A DNA stretch of 63,998 bases, filler included, from an uncultured bacterium (GTDB lineage: Bacteria; DAOPZR01), in the NCBI GenBank assembly GCA_964637655.1. It is 15 parts of 15 records of this genome, joined end to end, with 100 filler letters (N's around TTAATTAATTAA, not from the genome) between each part and the next. Parts side by side here need not be neighbours in the genome. Positions count along the whole stretch, not along the records: positions 1 to 4,520 come from CAZWUZ010000297.1; positions 4,621 to 9,059 come from CAZWUZ010000299.1; positions 9,160 to 13,577 come from CAZWUZ010000300.1; 12 more parts are not named here. The stretch is one strand, 5' to 3'. Position numbers and translations under genes: made by a program. Positions 1-11,089 of the stretch are shown one piece after another; the stretch's first letter is position 1; the number at the start of each line of letters is the position of its first letter. The notes beneath the pieces were generated by a model that saw only the letters and a list, made by a program, of their open reading frames with translations, ran no database searches and was not told the origin of the DNA.

Positions 1-482
1 AACTCTTCTACGCCGGCGTGCGCCCCGCGGTCAACATCGGGCTCTCCGTCTCGCGCGTCGGCTCCTCGGCGCAGATCAAGGCGATGAAGCAGGTGGCCGG
101 CAAGCTCAAGCTCGAGCTCGCCCGCTACCGCGAACTCGCCGCCTTCGCCCAGTTCGCCTCCGACCTCGACAAGACGACGCAGGCGCAGCTGGCGCGCGGC
201 GAGCGCATGGTCGAGGTGCTCAAGCAGCCGCAGTACCAGCCGCGCGACGTCGTCGACCAGGTGCTCATCATCTTCGCCACGACCAACGGCTATCTCGACG
301 ACATGCCGCTGAGCGACCTCAAGGCCTTCGAGGCGATGCTCTGCCCGTTCGTCGCCGAGCGCTACCCCGAAGCGCGCCAGGCCGTGGCGAAGGAAAAGAC
401 CATCAGCAAGGACACCGAGGCGAAGCTGCACGCGGCGATGAAGGAAGCGCGCGCGCAGTTCGCGGCGGGCAAACAGGCGTAG
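1..482 (+). CDS. atpA: F0F1 ATP synthase subunit alpha, C-terminal part
   Basis: [27 protein letters not shown] and [13 protein letters not shown] motifs; 5' end lies outside the window. Confidence 0.97.
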   Translation, partial: LFYAGVRPAVNIGLSVSRVGSSAQIKAMKQVAGKLKLELARYRELAAFAQFASDLDKTTQAQLARGERMVEVLKQPQYQPRDVVDQVLIIFATTNGYLDDMPLSDLKAFEAMLCPFVAERYPEARQAVAKEKTISKDTEAKLHAAMKEARAQFAAGKQA

Positions 483-491
483 GGAACGCTC

Positions 492-1361
492 ATGGGCAAT
501 CTGCGCGGCATCCGCAACAAGATCCGCTCGATCCGCAACATCCAGCAGATCACCAAGGCCATGAAGATGGCCGCCGCCGCCCGCCTGCGCCGCAGCCAGG
601 GGCGCATGGAGGCCGCGCGCCCCTACGCCGACACGCTCTTCACCCTGATGGGGACGCTCGCCCCCGCCATGGCCGATGCCGATCACCCGCTGCTCACCCC
701 CCGCCCGGAAAAATGCGTCGGGCTCGTGCTCGTCACCGGCGACAAGGGCCTCTGCGGCGGCTACAACAGCAACCTGATTCGCGCCGCGCAGCAGTTCCTG
801 CGCACCGCCGCGCTCCCGGTCAAACTCGTCACCGTCGGCAACAAGGGGGCGCAGTTCTTCTCCCGCCGCGGCACGAAGCCGGTGCGGGCCTTCGGCTCGC
901 TGCCGCTCAGGGACGGGGCCGACTACGCCGCGGACGTCGCCCGCTACCTCACCGGCCTGTATGTCAGCGGCGAGGTCGACCGCATCGTCGTCATCTATTC
1001 CCGCTTCGTCTCCAAGCTGACCCAGCGCCCCGAGCAGCTGCAGCTGCTCCCCGTCGCCCCGCCGGCGGACGCGGCGGGCGCCCTGTCGAGCGACATGCTC
1101 TTCGAACCGGACCGCGCGGCGATGCTGCAGCGGCTGCTGCCGCTCTACCTTGAAACCGTGGTCTTCAACAAGCTGCTCGAGTCGCTGACCAGCGAGTTCG
1201 CCTCGCGCATGACGGCGATGACCGCGGCCACCGACAACGCGGGCGAGATCATCGACCGCCTGACCATGACGTACAACCGCGCCCGGCAGGCGGCCATCAC
1301 CACCGAGATCATCGAGGTGACAACCGGGGCCGAGGCGCTGCGCGCCGGCAACGACGCATAG
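492..1361 (+). CDS. atpG: F0F1 ATP synthase subunit gamma
   Basis: ITKAMKMAAAA, DKGLCGGYN, RQAAITTEIIE; lies between atpA and atpD. Confidence 0.97.
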   Translation: MGNLRGIRNKIRSIRNIQQITKAMKMAAAARLRRSQGRMEAARPYADTLFTLMGTLAPAMADADHPLLTPRPEKCVGLVLVTGDKGLCGGYNSNLIRAAQQFLRTAALPVKLVTVGNKGAQFFSRRGTKPVRAFGSLPLRDGADYAADVARYLTGLYVSGEVDRIVVIYSRFVSKLTQRPEQLQLLPVAPPADAAGALSSDMLFEPDRAAMLQRLLPLYLETVVFNKLLESLTSEFASRMTAMTAATDNAGEIIDRLTMTYNRARQAAITTEIIEVTTGAEALRAGNDA

Positions 1362-2834
<1,473 letters not shown>

Positions 2835-3095
2835 ATGGCCGCGCCCGCCTTCGCCCTGCGCATCGTCACCCCGGAAGAGACCGTGTTTGCCGGCGACGCC
2901 GTCGAGCTCAGCGCTCCGGGGAGCGAGGGCTCCTTCGGCATCCTCGCCCACCATGCCCCGCTGCTCGCCGCCCTGAAGGCCGGCGACCTCTCGGTCATCG
3001 ATACGGCGGGGGCGAAGCAGACCTGGCGCGTGCGCGACGGGTTCCTCCACGCCGCCGACAACACCGTCACCGTCCTCGCCGCCCTCGCCGGCTGA
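2835..3095 (+). CDS. atpC: ATP synthase subunit epsilon, short form (beta-sandwich only)
   Basis: IVTPE...G.FGILAHHAPLL motif; directly follows atpD; 86 aa. Confidence 0.92.
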   Translation: MAAPAFALRIVTPEETVFAGDAVELSAPGSEGSFGILAHHAPLLAALKAGDLSVIDTAGAKQTWRVRDGFLHAADNTVTVLAALAG

Positions 3096-3165
3096 CGCCG
3101 CCGGATGCTGCCCGTTCTGCCACCCGTGTCCCCTGTCTGACCACGCCACACCCCCGAGGCCCACC

Positions 3166-4520
3166 ATGGAAAAGATGCTCTTCAGCGAACTCAACCTGTC
3201 ACGCGAAATGATGAAAGCCGTCGCCGACATGGGCTTTGAGGAGACCACCCCCATCCAGGCCGCCGCCATCCCGCCGCTGCTGGCCGGGCGCGACATCATC
3301 GGGCAGGCGCAGACGGGGACGGGCAAAACCGCCGCCTTCGGCATTCCCCTGCTCGAGCGGCTCGACCCGAAGGGGCGCGCCCTGCAGGCGGTCGTCCTCT
3401 GTCCCACCCGCGAACTGGCGGTGCAGGTGGCCGAGGAACTGCAGCAGCTGGCGAAATACCTGCGCGGGGTGACCATCGTCCCGGTCTACGGCGGGCAGCC
3501 CATCGACCGCCAGCTGCGCGCGCTGCGCGCCGGGGTGCAGATCATCATCGGCACCCCGGGCCGCCTGCTCGACCACCTGCAGCGCGGCACCGTGCGTCTC
3601 GACACGGTGCGCACGCTGGTGCTCGACGAGGCGGACGAGATGCTCGACATGGGTTTCCGCGACGAGCTCGAGGCCATTCTCGCGCAGCTTCCCGCCACGC
3701 GGCAGACGGTCTGTTTCTCCGCGACCATGGCGCGGCCCGTCCTCGCCCTGACCCGCAAGTACCAGCGCGACCCGGAGCATATCCGCACCGCACACAAGAC
3801 CATGACCGTCCCGGAGATCGAGCAGGTCTACTTCGAGGTCAAACCCCACACCCGGACCGACATCCTCTGCCGTCTGCTCGACGCCAACACCTTCAAGCTG
3901 ACCCTGGTCTTCTGCAACACCAAGCGCCGCGTCGATGAGCTCCTCGCGGCGCTGCAGGCGCGCGGGTATCTCGCCGACGGCCTGCACGGCGACATGAACC
4001 AGGTCCAGCGCGACCGCGTGATGCAGAAGTTCCGCTCCGGCCGGGTGGAGATCCTCATCGCCACCGACGTCGCCGCCCGCGGTCTCGACATCGACGATAT
4101 CGACGCGGTCTGCAATTTCGAGATCCCGCAGGACGAGGAGAGCTACGTGCACCGCATCGGGCGCACCGCCCGTGCCGGACGCGCGGGCAAGGCCTTCACC
4201 TTCGTCATCGGGCGCGAAGTGCACAAGCTCGCCGCCATCCAGCGGTTCGCGCGGACGAAGATCCACTTCCGCCGCCCGCCGACCCCGGGCGATGTCGCCG
4301 AGCTGAAATACACGCAGGTGCTCGATCAGGTGCGCGCCACCCTCGCCGCCGGCGGGCTGGGGCCGCAGCTCAGCCGCATCGAACGCCTGCTGGCCGACGA
4401 TTTCACGGCGCTCGACATCGCCGCCGCCCTGCTCAAGCTGCAGCTGGGCCCGGAGACCGTCGCGCCGGCCGCGACGCCGGCCGCCACCGGGTCGCTGGTC
4501 CGCCTGTTCATCGACAGCGG
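3166..4520 (+). CDS. DEAD-box RNA helicase (DeaD/CsdA-like), 3'-truncated by contig end
   Basis: Q motif, AQTGTGKT, PTRELA, DEAD, SAT, HRIGRTARAG; start of a DbpA-like domain (RLFID) at the cut. Confidence 0.95.
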
Positions 4521-4620
4521 NNNNNNNNNNNNNNNNNNNNNNNNNNNNNNNNNNNNNNNNNNNNTTAATTAATTAANNNNNNNNNNNNNNNNNNNNNNNN
4601 NNNNNNNNNNNNNNNNNNNN
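4521..4620. other. Artificial contig linker N-TTAATTAATTAA-N. Also at 9060-9159, 13578-13677, 18068-18167, 22527-22626, 26967-27066, 31389-31488, 35803-35902, 40209-40308, 44522-44621, 48795-48894, 53066-53165, 57327-57426 and 61582-61681
   Basis: Identical 100-nt spacers with six-frame stops; genes are cut at each one; piece lengths fall steadily. Confidence 0.99.
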
Positions 4621-7600
4621 GGCGCGCGGCGAGCACCCGGCAGGCGGCGACCGCGCTGTCGGCATCGCCCGCCTGCACCAGCACGAGCAGCGCCGGCGAC
4701 GGCCACTGCGCCAGCGGGTGGCGCTCCGCGCGCAACTGCGGCCAGACCGCCGCCGCTTCGCCCCGCCGCGCGCGCAACGCCGCCGCCGCGAGACGCACCT
4801 GCGGCAGCGGATGCTGTGTTCCGCGCGCCAGCAGCGGCTGCGCACCCGCCTCGTCGCCGCGCAGCAGCGCGACCGCAGCCAGCAGTTCCGTCGCGTCGGC
4901 CCCGAGCCGCTGCGCCGCCTGCCCCAGCGCGGCCGCCTGTTCCGTCGCGCCCGCCTGCAGGCGCCGGTCAGCCAGCGCCAGCAGCGCCGCCCCGGCCGGT
5001 GGCGCGCTTCCCGTCACGGTGGTGCTCCACTGCAGGGCGGTGCTGTCATCGCCGAGCATCGCCGCCGCGGCCACCGCTCCGGCCGCCAGCGCCGGCGTGA
5101 CGCAATTGCGCGCGCGGGCCGCCTGCGCGACGCTCAGTTCCTCGCGCGCCGCTCCGGCCCGCCGCCAGTACGCCGCATGCGCCGCATACACCGCGGGGGA
5201 ATCGGGCGCCAGACGCTGCGCCTGCGCATAATGGGTCATCGCTTCCGCAGCGGGGGAGAGTTCCGCCAATGCCAGCGCGACCGCCGCGCTCTGCTCCCCG
5301 CGCGCCCACGCCTCGCGCAAATCCGCCGCCGCCGCGGTGCTGTCACCCGCCTGCCGGGCCAGCGCGGCCCGCCACGCATACTGCGCGGCAGTCAGGCGCG
5401 GCAGCTGGCGCAACCGGGCCAGCGCCGGCGCCGGCGCTTCGTGACGCGCGAGTGCCAGCAGCAGCGGCGCATCATCATCATCGGGCCGCAGCGTGCAGCC
5501 GGCTTCCCACAGCGTGCGGGCAGCCGCCTCGTCACCGCGCGCCAGCGCTAGCTGCCCGCGGCGCAGCGCCCCCGCTGCCGACGGCTGCAGCACTTCCGCG
5601 CGCGCCAGCAGCGTCTCCGCCGCTGCCAGCCGCCCGCCGCCCGCCGCGATATTTCCCGCACCGCGCAGCGCCCGAACCTCTTCTGCTGCCGGCACCAGTG
5701 CGCCCGCGGCGCGCGCCTTGGCGAACGCCGCCACCGCCTCGGGATAATGTTTCTGCGCCAGTTCCGCCTGTGCCAGCAGCAACGCCGCCCGCGCCCGCTC
5801 CGCGTCAGGCACCATCCCGCCGCGCAGCGTTGCCGCCACACTGCGCCAGTGGCCGCGGGCCGCATTCGCCTCCGCCAGCAGCAGGCGGGCCACGGCATCC
5901 CGCGGCGACAGCACCAGCGCCGCGTACGCGAGTCGTGCCGTTTCCTCTGCGCGCCCCTGCCGCAGCGCTGCGGCGGCGAGCGCGCGCCGTACCGCCGGCG
6001 AACCGTCACCATGCGCCGCGAGGCGCTGCGCCACCGCTTCCGTCCGTGTCGCGTCACCCGCCAGTTCGTACGCACGCAACGAGGTGCGCAGTACCGGCAG
6101 CGGCGGCGACAACTGTCGTGTCGCACGTTCCAGTACCGCCGCCGCCCGCTGCGGTTCGTGTACCTCCAGCCCGAGCGCGGCCAGCGGCACCAGCAACTCC
6201 GGCTGCGAGTCGCGCAGCCGCGCCGCAAGGTATGCCGCCGCGGTGCGCGCGTCGCCCACCTGCCGCAGCAGCGTCGCCCAGCCAAGCAGCGCCCGCGCCT
6301 CACTGCCGCCCGCCGCAAAATGCGCGCGCAACGCGCGCACGTAAGCCGGGGTATCACCCGCCGCCAGCGCGATATCCGCCAGCAGCAGGGACGCGCGCCC
6401 GTCGCCAGCCGCCTGCATCAGTACCCGTCTGGCCGCCGGGGTATCCCCCAGCCGCAGCAGCGTCTCCCCAAGCGCACGTTGCACCGTTGAGTCAGTCACC
6501 CCCAGTCGTACCGCTTCTTCCAGGCGTGTCCGTGCCTCGCGCGGGCGTCCCTGCTGCTGCAGGTCGCGTCCCTGTGCCGCCCGCCAGTGTCCCAGCACCC
6601 GCGTGCCGCGGGCATCGTTGCGGTCATGCAGGCGCTGCGCCAGCGTTTCAGCGTCCGTCCCGCGCCCCGTTGCCAGATAGTGTTCCGCCAGCAACGCTGC
6701 CGCATCCGCATCCCAGACGAGGGCGAGCAGCCGCGCGCGCGCCGTCATCGCCCCTGCGGTATCCTGCGCCGCGTCAGCCGCACGCGCCGCGAGACGCCAG
6801 TTGTCCGCCTCGCCGGGTGCCCGCGCTGTCGCGGCGAATGCCCATGCCCGCGCCCGGGCATGCTCGCCCGCCGCCAGCGCCGTTGCCGCCGCCTGCCGCA
6901 GCCGCGCCGGGGTCGGCGCCCGGCGCAGCAGTTCCGCATGGCAGGAGAGAGCGCGCGGCATATCCCCGGCGCGCTCCGCCGCCGTTGCTGCCGTTACCAG
7001 CGCCTGAATGTCGCCGGACACCTGCCACCACTGCAGCGCGGCGTCGAGCGCCCCGGCAGCATCATTCTGTCCCATGAGCAGTCCGGTCAGTTCCTTCGCC
7101 ACCGGCGCCGGCATCCCCGGCACGGCACGCAACACCGGTACCGCCTCCGCCGCACGCCCGGCGGCACGGTACGCTGCGGTCAGACGCAGCGCATAGTCCG
7201 CGGTGCGTGCATGCGCCCACAGTTTCTCCGCCGGCAGGTATGACTCCGCCGGCGCGTGCTGTGTGAGGTAGTCGTACGCCGTGCGGTACTCGGCCTCCGT
7301 CCAGCGATCGCACAGCGACAGTGCCGCGCGCAGGTGGGGCAGCGCCGCCGCCGGATTGTCGGTGTCGAGACGGAAGAGGAACCAGCGCGCACGGGCCGCC
7401 GTTTCGCCGGTCGCACCGGCAGCGAGCGCCGCCTGCAGTTCCTGCCGCGCCCGCACCGGCTGCTGCTGGGTGAGATAGAGGTAGGCAATGCCCAGATGCA
7501 CCTGCGGGTCGTCCGGTCTCAGCACCAGTGCCTGCAGGTACTCGTTGAGCGCGTCATCCCAGCGGCGCGCTTCCTGCAGGCAGCGGGCGCGCAGCAGGCG

Positions 7601-7873
7601 TGCCGGTGCGCTCTGTGGGTCACGCTGCAGCACGCGGTCGATGAACGGCAACGCGGCCAGCGGCTGCCCCGCCTGCAACAACGCCTGCGCCGTCTTCAGC
7701 AGCAGTCGCGGGTCATCCGGCGCACTGTCCAGCAGCGCGCGATACGCCACTGCCGCTTCGCGCGCGCGACCCGCCTGCAGCAGCGCCTCCGCCGCCGGTT
7801 CACCCGCCGGCGCCGCGGCCGCGAGCAGCGCGGCAATGAGCACCACCGCCAGCGCGGCGGGCAGCCGGCTCAC
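4621..7873 (-). CDS. Large secreted tetratricopeptide-repeat protein, 3'-truncated
   Basis: Signal-peptide-like N-terminus; repeated TPR helices such as ALVLRPDDPQVHLGIAYLY; GTGA overlap with the upstream ORF. Confidence 0.75.
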
Positions 7874-8304
7874 GGGCGCAGGGGGGCGAGGTCGCCCGGC
7901 AGCATGATGCCGTTCTCGCCGTCGATATAATCGCCGTCACGCAGGCGTTCGCCTTCGCTGCCGCCGCCGGTCAGCACGAGCACCCGGCGGTTATCGTCAG
8001 TGAGGCGGATGACCGCGCTGACCGGCTGGTACAGTTCGGGCACACCGTCAAGGCGGCAGGTGATGGTAACGCGGTCCCCGGTCAGCGTCAGCGCTGCCAC
8101 CGCGCCGAGCGGATACTCGCCAAGCCGCACCTGGTCGCCAGCCGTCAGGCCGGCGGCATCGGGACAGCGAACATGGAGCGTGGCGGCGGAGCGGAACGGT
8201 CGACGGGGGAGCGACGGGCGGAACAGCACGACGGCCAGCAGGCCGCACAGGGCGAGGCCCAGCAGCACGACCAGCAGGCGCCGCCGGCGGTACCACGGAG
8301 CCAT
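7870..8304 (-). CDS. MlaD/MCE-domain membrane-anchored protein
   Basis: N-terminal TM helix, then DAAGLTAGDQVRLGEYPLGAV matching the MCE A.GL..G..V...G..VG.V pattern. Confidence 0.8.
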   Translation of the reverse strand: MAPWYRRRRLLVVLLGLALCGLLAVVLFRPSLPRRPFRSAATLHVRCPDAAGLTAGDQVRLGEYPLGAVAALTLTGDRVTITCRLDGVPELYQPVSAVIRLTDDNRRVLVLTGGGSEGERLRDGDYIDGENGIMLPGDLAPLRP

Positions 8305-8387
8305 TGTCACACCTGCACCGTGCCCCGGCGCCACCCCGCGCACCGCGTTTCACCGTCGGACATCGTCCCCTCCCGCATCCGCACGGC

Positions 8388-8416
8388 AGTGTAGCATTCC
8401 CGTCGCTGCCGGTCAA
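8388..8416 (-). promoter_or_regulatory. sigma70-type promoter for the MCE-TPR operon
   Basis: TTGACC-17 nt-TACACT with extended -10 TG. Confidence 0.6.
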
Positions 8417-9059
8417 TTTTCCCTGCGGGGGCTGAGGGTATAGCGCCCCTGCACCCCGGTCTGCCAGGCGGTGATGCCGCGCGCGCGCAGCGCCCGCACC
8501 GTGGCCGGATGGGGAAACCCGAAACGGTTTTTCGCGGCGGCGGTGATCACCGCCACCTCCGGTTGCACCGCGTCGAGCAGTACCCCGAGGCGTTCGTTCT
8601 CCGCTCCGTGATGCGGCAGTTTGAGTACTGCCGCCCGCAGGTCCGCGCCCGTCGCCAGCAGCGCCGCGGTTCCCGCCTCCTCGAGGTCGCCGGTCAGCAG
8701 CAGCGTCTGCCCGCGCCAGACCACATGGCTGACGAGTGAACGGTCATTGGCTTCGCCGTCAGCGGGAGCACGCACTGCCAGCGTGCCGCCATCCCAGGCC
8801 AGCGTGCGCGGCGCGTGCACCTGCCGCAGCCGCACACCCGACGCGGCCAGCAGCGCCGCACACGCCGCCGCGCCGCTGTCACCATCCCAGTCGCGATACC
8901 AGAGTTCGTCAACGGGCAGTTCCGCCAGCAGCAGCGGCAGGCCGCCGTAATGGTCGGCATGCGGATGGGTGATGATCACCGTGGCGAGACGATTGACCCC
9001 GCGCGCGCGCAGTTGCGCGAGCAGGTCGCGCGCCGCCTCCGGCGGTCCCGCATCAATCC
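8413..9059 (-). CDS. ComEC/Rec2-type metallo-beta-lactamase domain, 5'-truncated
   Basis: IDAG, THPHADH, LLTGD, LKLPHHG, NRFGFPHP. Confidence 0.88.
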
Positions 9060-9160
9060 NNNNNNNNNNNNNNNNNNNNNNNNNNNNNNNNNNNNNNNNN
9101 NNNTTAATTAATTAANNNNNNNNNNNNNNNNNNNNNNNNNNNNNNNNNNNNNNNNNNNNT

Positions 9161-9370
9161 TTTGTTGATGAGTTAGAACATCTAGATTTCGATGCAATGA
9201 AAACAAAGTATAATTTGGGCGTTACGTGGCTCGGTATTCTGTTGAGAATCGTTGCACATTGTGGTGTGTTAAACAATAGTGGAATGCATACGCTGGCACT
9301 AAAATATGGAGCTAATACAAGTTGGCGACATGCGTCATTGGCTCTTATTGGTAATTCGGAGAATGCATAA
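9161..9370 (+). CDS. 3' end of an AT-rich hypothetical gene coupled to mod
   Basis: Open frame FVDELEHLDFDAMKTKYNLG...GNSENA*; its TAA overlaps the mod ATG (TAATG). Confidence 0.6.
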   Translation, partial: FVDELEHLDFDAMKTKYNLGVTWLGILLRIVAHCGVLNNSGMHTLALKYGANTSWRHASLALIGNSENA

Positions 9371-10980
9371 TGCCAACGCTGGAATGGATCGGGAAACGGG
9401 CGGTAGTGAACCATCACCGTGAGGTGCCGTTTCGTTTGCTGAAAGAGGAAGCAAAACTGTCGGTGGGCGAGGCGGGGAGCGGGAACCTGCTGGTCGAGGG
9501 TGACAACCTGCTCGCGCTCAAGGCGCTGCTGCCGTACTATGCCGGGCAGGTGAAGTGCATCTACATCGACCCGCCCTACAACACGGGCAACGAGGGCTGG
9601 ATCTACAACGACAATGTGAACAGCGCGGAGATGCGCGAATGGCTGGGCAAGGTGGTGGGCAAGGAGATGGACGACCTCTGCCGCCACGACAAATGGCTAT
9701 GCATGATGTACCCACGCCTGGCACTGCTGCGCGAAATGCTCCGCGACGACGGCGCGATATGCATTTCTATTGATGACAGCGAGTGCCAGCATCTTAGAAA
9801 CTTACTCGATGAGATATTCGGTATTACAAATTTCGTCGCCACTTTTGTGTGGCAGAAAAGACGTTCGCCTGACAACGACGAAAAACTTGCCACAAATACA
9901 CACGACTACATAGTTTGTTACGCGCGAAATATACATAAATGTGTATTTCGACGTTTGGCTCGAACGGATGAAGCCGACGCGCGCTACTTAAATCCAGACA
10001 ATGACCCTCGCGGAGTATGGACATCCAGCGATTTGACGCGAAGAGAATACCGGGAACACGACTACTATGAAATATCACTGCCAAGTGGCAGAAAGGTAAA
10101 ACCCGCTGCTGGGCGAAGTTGGAGTGTCCCAAAGACAAGTTATCAGGAACTCCTGAAAGATAATCGTCTGTGGTTTGGTCCAAACGGCGATTCTATGCCT
10201 CGAAGAAAGCGTTTTTTGTCCGAGGTATCTGACGGATTAGTACCTACTACATGGTGGGATTCTGAGAGTGTTGGAGATAATCAAGCGTCTAAACGCGAAG
10301 TTCGTATTTTATTTCCTGATGAGGCGGATATATTTCAAACACCTAAACCAACATCATTGCTATCACGGATACTTGAAATATGCATGTGTGCTGACTCAAT
10401 CGTTCTCGATTCCTTTGCCGGGTCGGGAACGACGGGGCATGCGGTGATGGCGCTGAATAAGGCCGACGGCGGCAATCGCCGCTACATTCTCGTCGAGATG
10501 GACCAGAACATCGCGCGCAACGTCACGGCGGAGCGCCTCAAGCGCGTGGCCAATGGCTACACCAACGCCAAGGGGCAGAAGATCGAAGGACTGGGCGGCG
10601 GGTTCAGTTTTGCCACGCTGGGCGAACCGCTGTTCGACGAACGCGGCAATATTCGCACCACCGTCAAATTCGCGGAATTGGCGCGGCATGTGCATTTCAT
10701 CGAGACTGGCGAGCCGATGGCGAAGCAGGCGAAAGCCAACAGCCCGCTTATCGGCACCTACAAGCGCACGGCGATTTACCTGCTCTATAACGGCATACTC
10801 AAGGACAAGTCGCCCGACGGCGGCAATGTGCTCACCACCAGCATCCTCGCGCATCTGCCCAAGCACGACGGCCCGAAAGTGATTTACGGCACCGCCTGCC
10901 GGTTGGGCGCGGAACGCCTGCGACGCGAGCAGATAATATTCAAGCAGTTGCCCTATCGTTTGCGGGTGGGCGCGCGATGA
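9370..10980 (+). CDS. mod: Type III restriction-modification methyltransferase (Mod, beta-class amino-MTase)
   Basis: EGDNL, IYIDPPYNTG, then TPKP and LDSFAGSGTT (catalytic motif precedes the SAM motif); adjacent to Res. Confidence 0.93.
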   Translation: MPTLEWIGKRAVVNHHREVPFRLLKEEAKLSVGEAGSGNLLVEGDNLLALKALLPYYAGQVKCIYIDPPYNTGNEGWIYNDNVNSAEMREWLGKVVGKEMDDLCRHDKWLCMMYPRLALLREMLRDDGAICISIDDSECQHLRNLLDEIFGITNFVATFVWQKRRSPDNDEKLATNTHDYIVCYARNIHKCVFRRLARTDEADARYLNPDNDPRGVWTSSDLTRREYREHDYYEISLPSGRKVKPAAGRSWSVPKTSYQELLKDNRLWFGPNGDSMPRRKRFLSEVSDGLVPTTWWDSESVGDNQASKREVRILFPDEADIFQTPKPTSLLSRILEICMCADSIVLDSFAGSGTTGHAVMALNKADGGNRRYILVEMDQNIARNVTAERLKRVANGYTNAKGQKIEGLGGGFSFATLGEPLFDERGNIRTTVKFAELARHVHFIETGEPMAKQAKANSPLIGTYKRTAIYLLYNGILKDKSPDGGNVLTTSILAHLPKHDGPKVIYGTACRLGAERLRREQIIFKQLPYRLRVGAR

Positions 10981-11029
10981 ACATACCCTTCGCCCCTTCT
11001 CTCTCCCAGCGCGAGATAGAGAACATGTA

Positions 11030-11056
11030 CTGGATTCCCGCTTTCGCGGGAATGAC
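11030..11056. repeat. REP-like palindrome of the ATTCCC-N-GGGAAT (dRS3-like) class
   Basis: CTGGATTCCCGCTTTCGCGGGAATGAC; stem ATTCCCGC/GCGGGAAT with a TTTC loop. Confidence 0.8.
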
Positions 11057-11089
11057 CGTAAGGGATTTAGGCAAGACAGGAACGATACT

